Source of the DNA: a virus
Taxonomy: Duplodnaviria; Heunggongvirae; Uroviricota; Caudoviricetes
DNA length: 7,817 bases
Direction: 5' to 3' (one strand)
Virus record (IMG/VR): IMGVR_UViG_2541047945_000007
A model generated the notes under the pieces. It was not told the DNA's origin. It ran no database searches and worked only from the letters and a program-made list of their open reading frames with translations. The position numbers and the translations under genes were made by a program. Positions 5,877 through 7,817 of the stretch are shown here, one piece after another (within the stretch, counting starts at the first letter, position 1; every line of letters begins with the position of its first letter).

Positions 5877-6011
5877 TGCCCAAAATTCACCGCAGCAACT
5901 AAGCGGCGATGGCCTTGATGGATAGCACTACGAAATTTTCGTAGTTCAAAAACCAAACAAATACCAACCGTAGCCATGCTGCGGCGATTCCTTGTATCTG
6001 GAGCAAATTAA

Positions 6012-7817
6012 ATGACAGACATTATACCTAACATTATAGTTTCCATGCCTAATCAATTGTTCACAATGTCAAGAACATTTAAATCAGTATCGAATGGAAG
6101 CATTTATATCGGGAAGCCTGATACCGATCCGACTAATCCAGATAATCAAGTGGATGTTTATTTTGAGAATGAGAATGGAAAATATATTAAGGTTTCTCAA
6201 CCAATAAAAATAAGTCAAGCTGGACAACCTGTATTGAATGGTCAATTCGGTAAGTTTGCGACTATAAAAAATCACTCAATGGCGATTTTTGATGCGTATG
6301 GCTCTCAGCAGCACTATTTCCCAAATGTAATGAAATATGCTCCAGATCAGTTAAGGCAGGAATTAACAAATTTTTCTGGTGAAAATTCTCCTGGTTATGC
6401 TGACCCAAGTAATACGGTATGGGGAATTGATGCATTTTCTTCTAATGAATATGCGAAAAATAATGCTTTTTTCGGAGTTGGAGCAGGATCATCAATTATA
6501 GGTAACGAGTCAGATGAGGCTGTTGGTGCGGAAAATACTGGTATTGGTAGACGAGCCGGTGCAAGCCTTACAACAGGACAGCGCAATGTTCTACTTGGAC
6601 ATGAGGCTGGAGCACTGTTAACTACAGGTAGTTGTAATATTTTTATTTACGCTCAAAGTTCTTCTTATGCCAACTATAAAACCGGTAGTTATAATGTAGT
6701 GGTTGGTTATAACGCTGGCAAACTATTAACATCAGGAGAGAGAAATGTTTCAGTTGGTACGGATGCTGGGTCACGAACAACAACAGGAAGAGATAACGTT
6801 GCTGTCGGTCAAGCAGCAATGCAAAATAACTCAACTGGTGGTGGTAATACCTATATAGGAGCATTCTCTGGTGCTGAGACGGGAACTGGCGGTAATAATC
6901 TTGCTGCAGGTCGCTCTGCCTTATTTAGAAATGTGGATGGTTCTGGAAACGTTGCACTAGGACGTGAGGCTTCTCTTGGTTTGTCTTCATATGGGGAATC
7001 TCCCAATAATATTGTTGCTATAGGGTATCAAGCTGCATGGTCACAGAATGGATTAAATGGTGTTGTTTTTTGTGGGATGCAAGCAGGATATAAAGCAACA
7101 AAAATGAATGATTCAGTTCTTATTGGTAGGGCTTCCGGCTTTAATTTAACAACAGGAAGTGATAATGTTTTTGTTGGTGCAGCGTCAGGAGATAGTGAGA
7201 CTACTGGAACCCAATTAGTATATCTTGGACATCAAGCTGGTAGGTTTTTGATTGATGGGACACCTGCAAAAGAGAAATTAAATTGTGTAGCTTTAGGCTG
7301 CCGTGCCAGAGTTGGTGGAGATCATGAGATTCAGTTAGGAAATTCTTCTCAGACAGTTTATGTATATGGTACGGTGCAAACTCGGTCTGATGAGCGTGAT
7401 AAAGCAGATAAACGAATAATAGACGGAGAACTTGCTGTATCATTCGTCCGTGGAATAATCCCATATTTTTATAAGTGGGATTTTCGTGATGATTATATAG
7501 AAGAATACAATGTAAAAATTGGTGATGATTCTAATGGCAATCCGATTTTTGAAACTAGAATTCATCAACATGAAAAAGATGGCAGTAGAAAAAGGAAAAG
7601 AGAACATGCCGGGTATCTTGCACAGCAAGTTAAAGAATTACTTGATCGACTTGGAATTGACTGTGGTATATATCAAGATCATCTAGTAAACAATGGATGC
7701 GATGTAAAAACAATTGCCTACGAACAGGTTATACCGTTTGTTACAAAGGCTATAGATGTTGCATTTTCAAGGATAGAGGGGTTAGAGCAAAGATTGAACA
7801 AACTCGAAAACCTATAA
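6012..7817 (+). CDS. Tailspike / tail fibre protein (601 aa): P22-type N-terminal head-binding domain, Gly-rich repeat shaft, C-terminal intramolecular chaperone domain
   Basis: The first ~115 aa (MTDIIPNIIVSMPNQLFTMSRTFKSVSNGSIYIGKPDTDPTNPDNQ...HSMAIFDAYGSQQHYFPNVMKYAPDQ) align closely with the P22 gp9 head-binding domain as I recall it. GGAG at 6000..6003 precedes ATG 6012. The C-terminus contains SDERDK (S459 to K464) followed by about 140 aa including HAGYLAQQVKELL, typical of the S74-type self-cleaving chaperone of phage fibres. Complete ORF with TAA at 7815..7817. Confidence 0.93.
   Translation: MTDIIPNIIVSMPNQLFTMSRTFKSVSNGSIYIGKPDTDPTNPDNQVDVYFENENGKYIKVSQPIKISQAGQPVLNGQFGKFATIKNHSMAIFDAYGSQQHYFPNVMKYAPDQLRQELTNFSGENSPGYADPSNTVWGIDAFSSNEYAKNNAFFGVGAGSSIIGNESDEAVGAENTGIGRRAGASLTTGQRNVLLGHEAGALLTTGSCNIFIYAQSSSYANYKTGSYNVVVGYNAGKLLTSGERNVSVGTDAGSRTTTGRDNVAVGQAAMQNNSTGGGNTYIGAFSGAETGTGGNNLAAGRSALFRNVDGSGNVALGREASLGLSSYGESPNNIVAIGYQAAWSQNGLNGVVFCGMQAGYKATKMNDSVLIGRASGFNLTTGSDNVFVGAASGDSETTGTQLVYLGHQAGRFLIDGTPAKEKLNCVALGCRARVGGDHEIQLGNSSQTVYVYGTVQTRSDERDKADKRIIDGELAVSFVRGIIPYFYKWDFRDDYIEEYNVKIGDDSNGNPIFETRIHQHEKDGSRKRKREHAGYLAQQVKELLDRLGIDCGIYQDHLVNNGCDVKTIAYEQVIPFVTKAIDVAFSRIEGLEQRLNKLENL
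6459..7346 (+). repeat. Degenerate periodic coding repeat in the tailspike (about 14 units of 17-18 aa, consensus roughly G-x-x-AG-x-x-L-TTG-x-x-NV-x-x-G)
   Basis: Units read from the translation include RRAGASLTTGQRNVLLG, HEAGALLTTGSCNIFIY, YNAGKLLTSGERNVSVG, TDAGSRTTTGRDNVAVG, RASGFNLTTGSDNVFVG and AASGDSETTGTQLVYLG. The periodicity is at the protein level; the DNA units are diverged and not identical tandem repeats. Confidence 0.6.

Noticed and set aside
6459-7346. Periodic repeats in the tailspike considered as a DNA tandem-repeat or CRISPR-like array
   Set aside because: The units are degenerate at the nucleotide level, uninterrupted by unique spacers and in frame within one ORF; they reflect protein repeat structure, not a CRISPR array or satellite.
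6084-7628. Five minus-strand ORFs (6084..6275, 6395..6586, 6643..6864, 7201..7464, 7440..7628) inside the tailspike gene
   Set aside because: All are embedded antisense to the 601-codon tailspike ORF, whose identity is well supported at both termini; the translations are low-complexity.
1-7817. tRNA, rRNA or attachment-site features
   Set aside because: I saw no cloverleaf-like tRNA candidates or rRNA-like conserved sequence, and no integrase; coding sequence covers almost the whole window. I could not run a tRNA scan, so a tRNA-sized element is not formally excluded.

Overview
This window reads as the right arm of a P22-like (short-tailed, lambdoid) enterobacterial prophage. All homology calls below are from reading the translations against sequences recalled from memory; no database search was run. 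Left to right: (1) the left end of an IS3-family insertion sequence (IS629/IS1203-like, orfA on the minus strand) that appears to truncate a virion gene; (2) a 707-aa gene in the position of the P22 gene 16 ejection protein; (3) an AT-rich minus-strand cargo cassette sitting where P22 carries sieA, encoding a small two-helix membrane protein, a VapC-like PIN-domain nuclease (182 aa) and a translationally coupled 239-aa protein I cannot assign to any family; (4) a near-canonical P22 immI region with mnt, overlapping divergent Pmnt/Pant promoters with arc and mnt operators, arc, an extra 73-codon ORF not expected from P22, a possible sar-like antisense RNA, and ant; (5) a strong intrinsic terminator; (6) a complete tailspike gene with a P22-type N-terminal head-binding domain, a Gly-rich periodic repeat shaft and a C-terminal intramolecular-chaperone domain carrying an SDERDK motif. 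The best candidate for an undescribed system is the 239-aa + PIN pair (2839..4097), a candidate prophage-encoded defence, superinfection-exclusion or addiction module.
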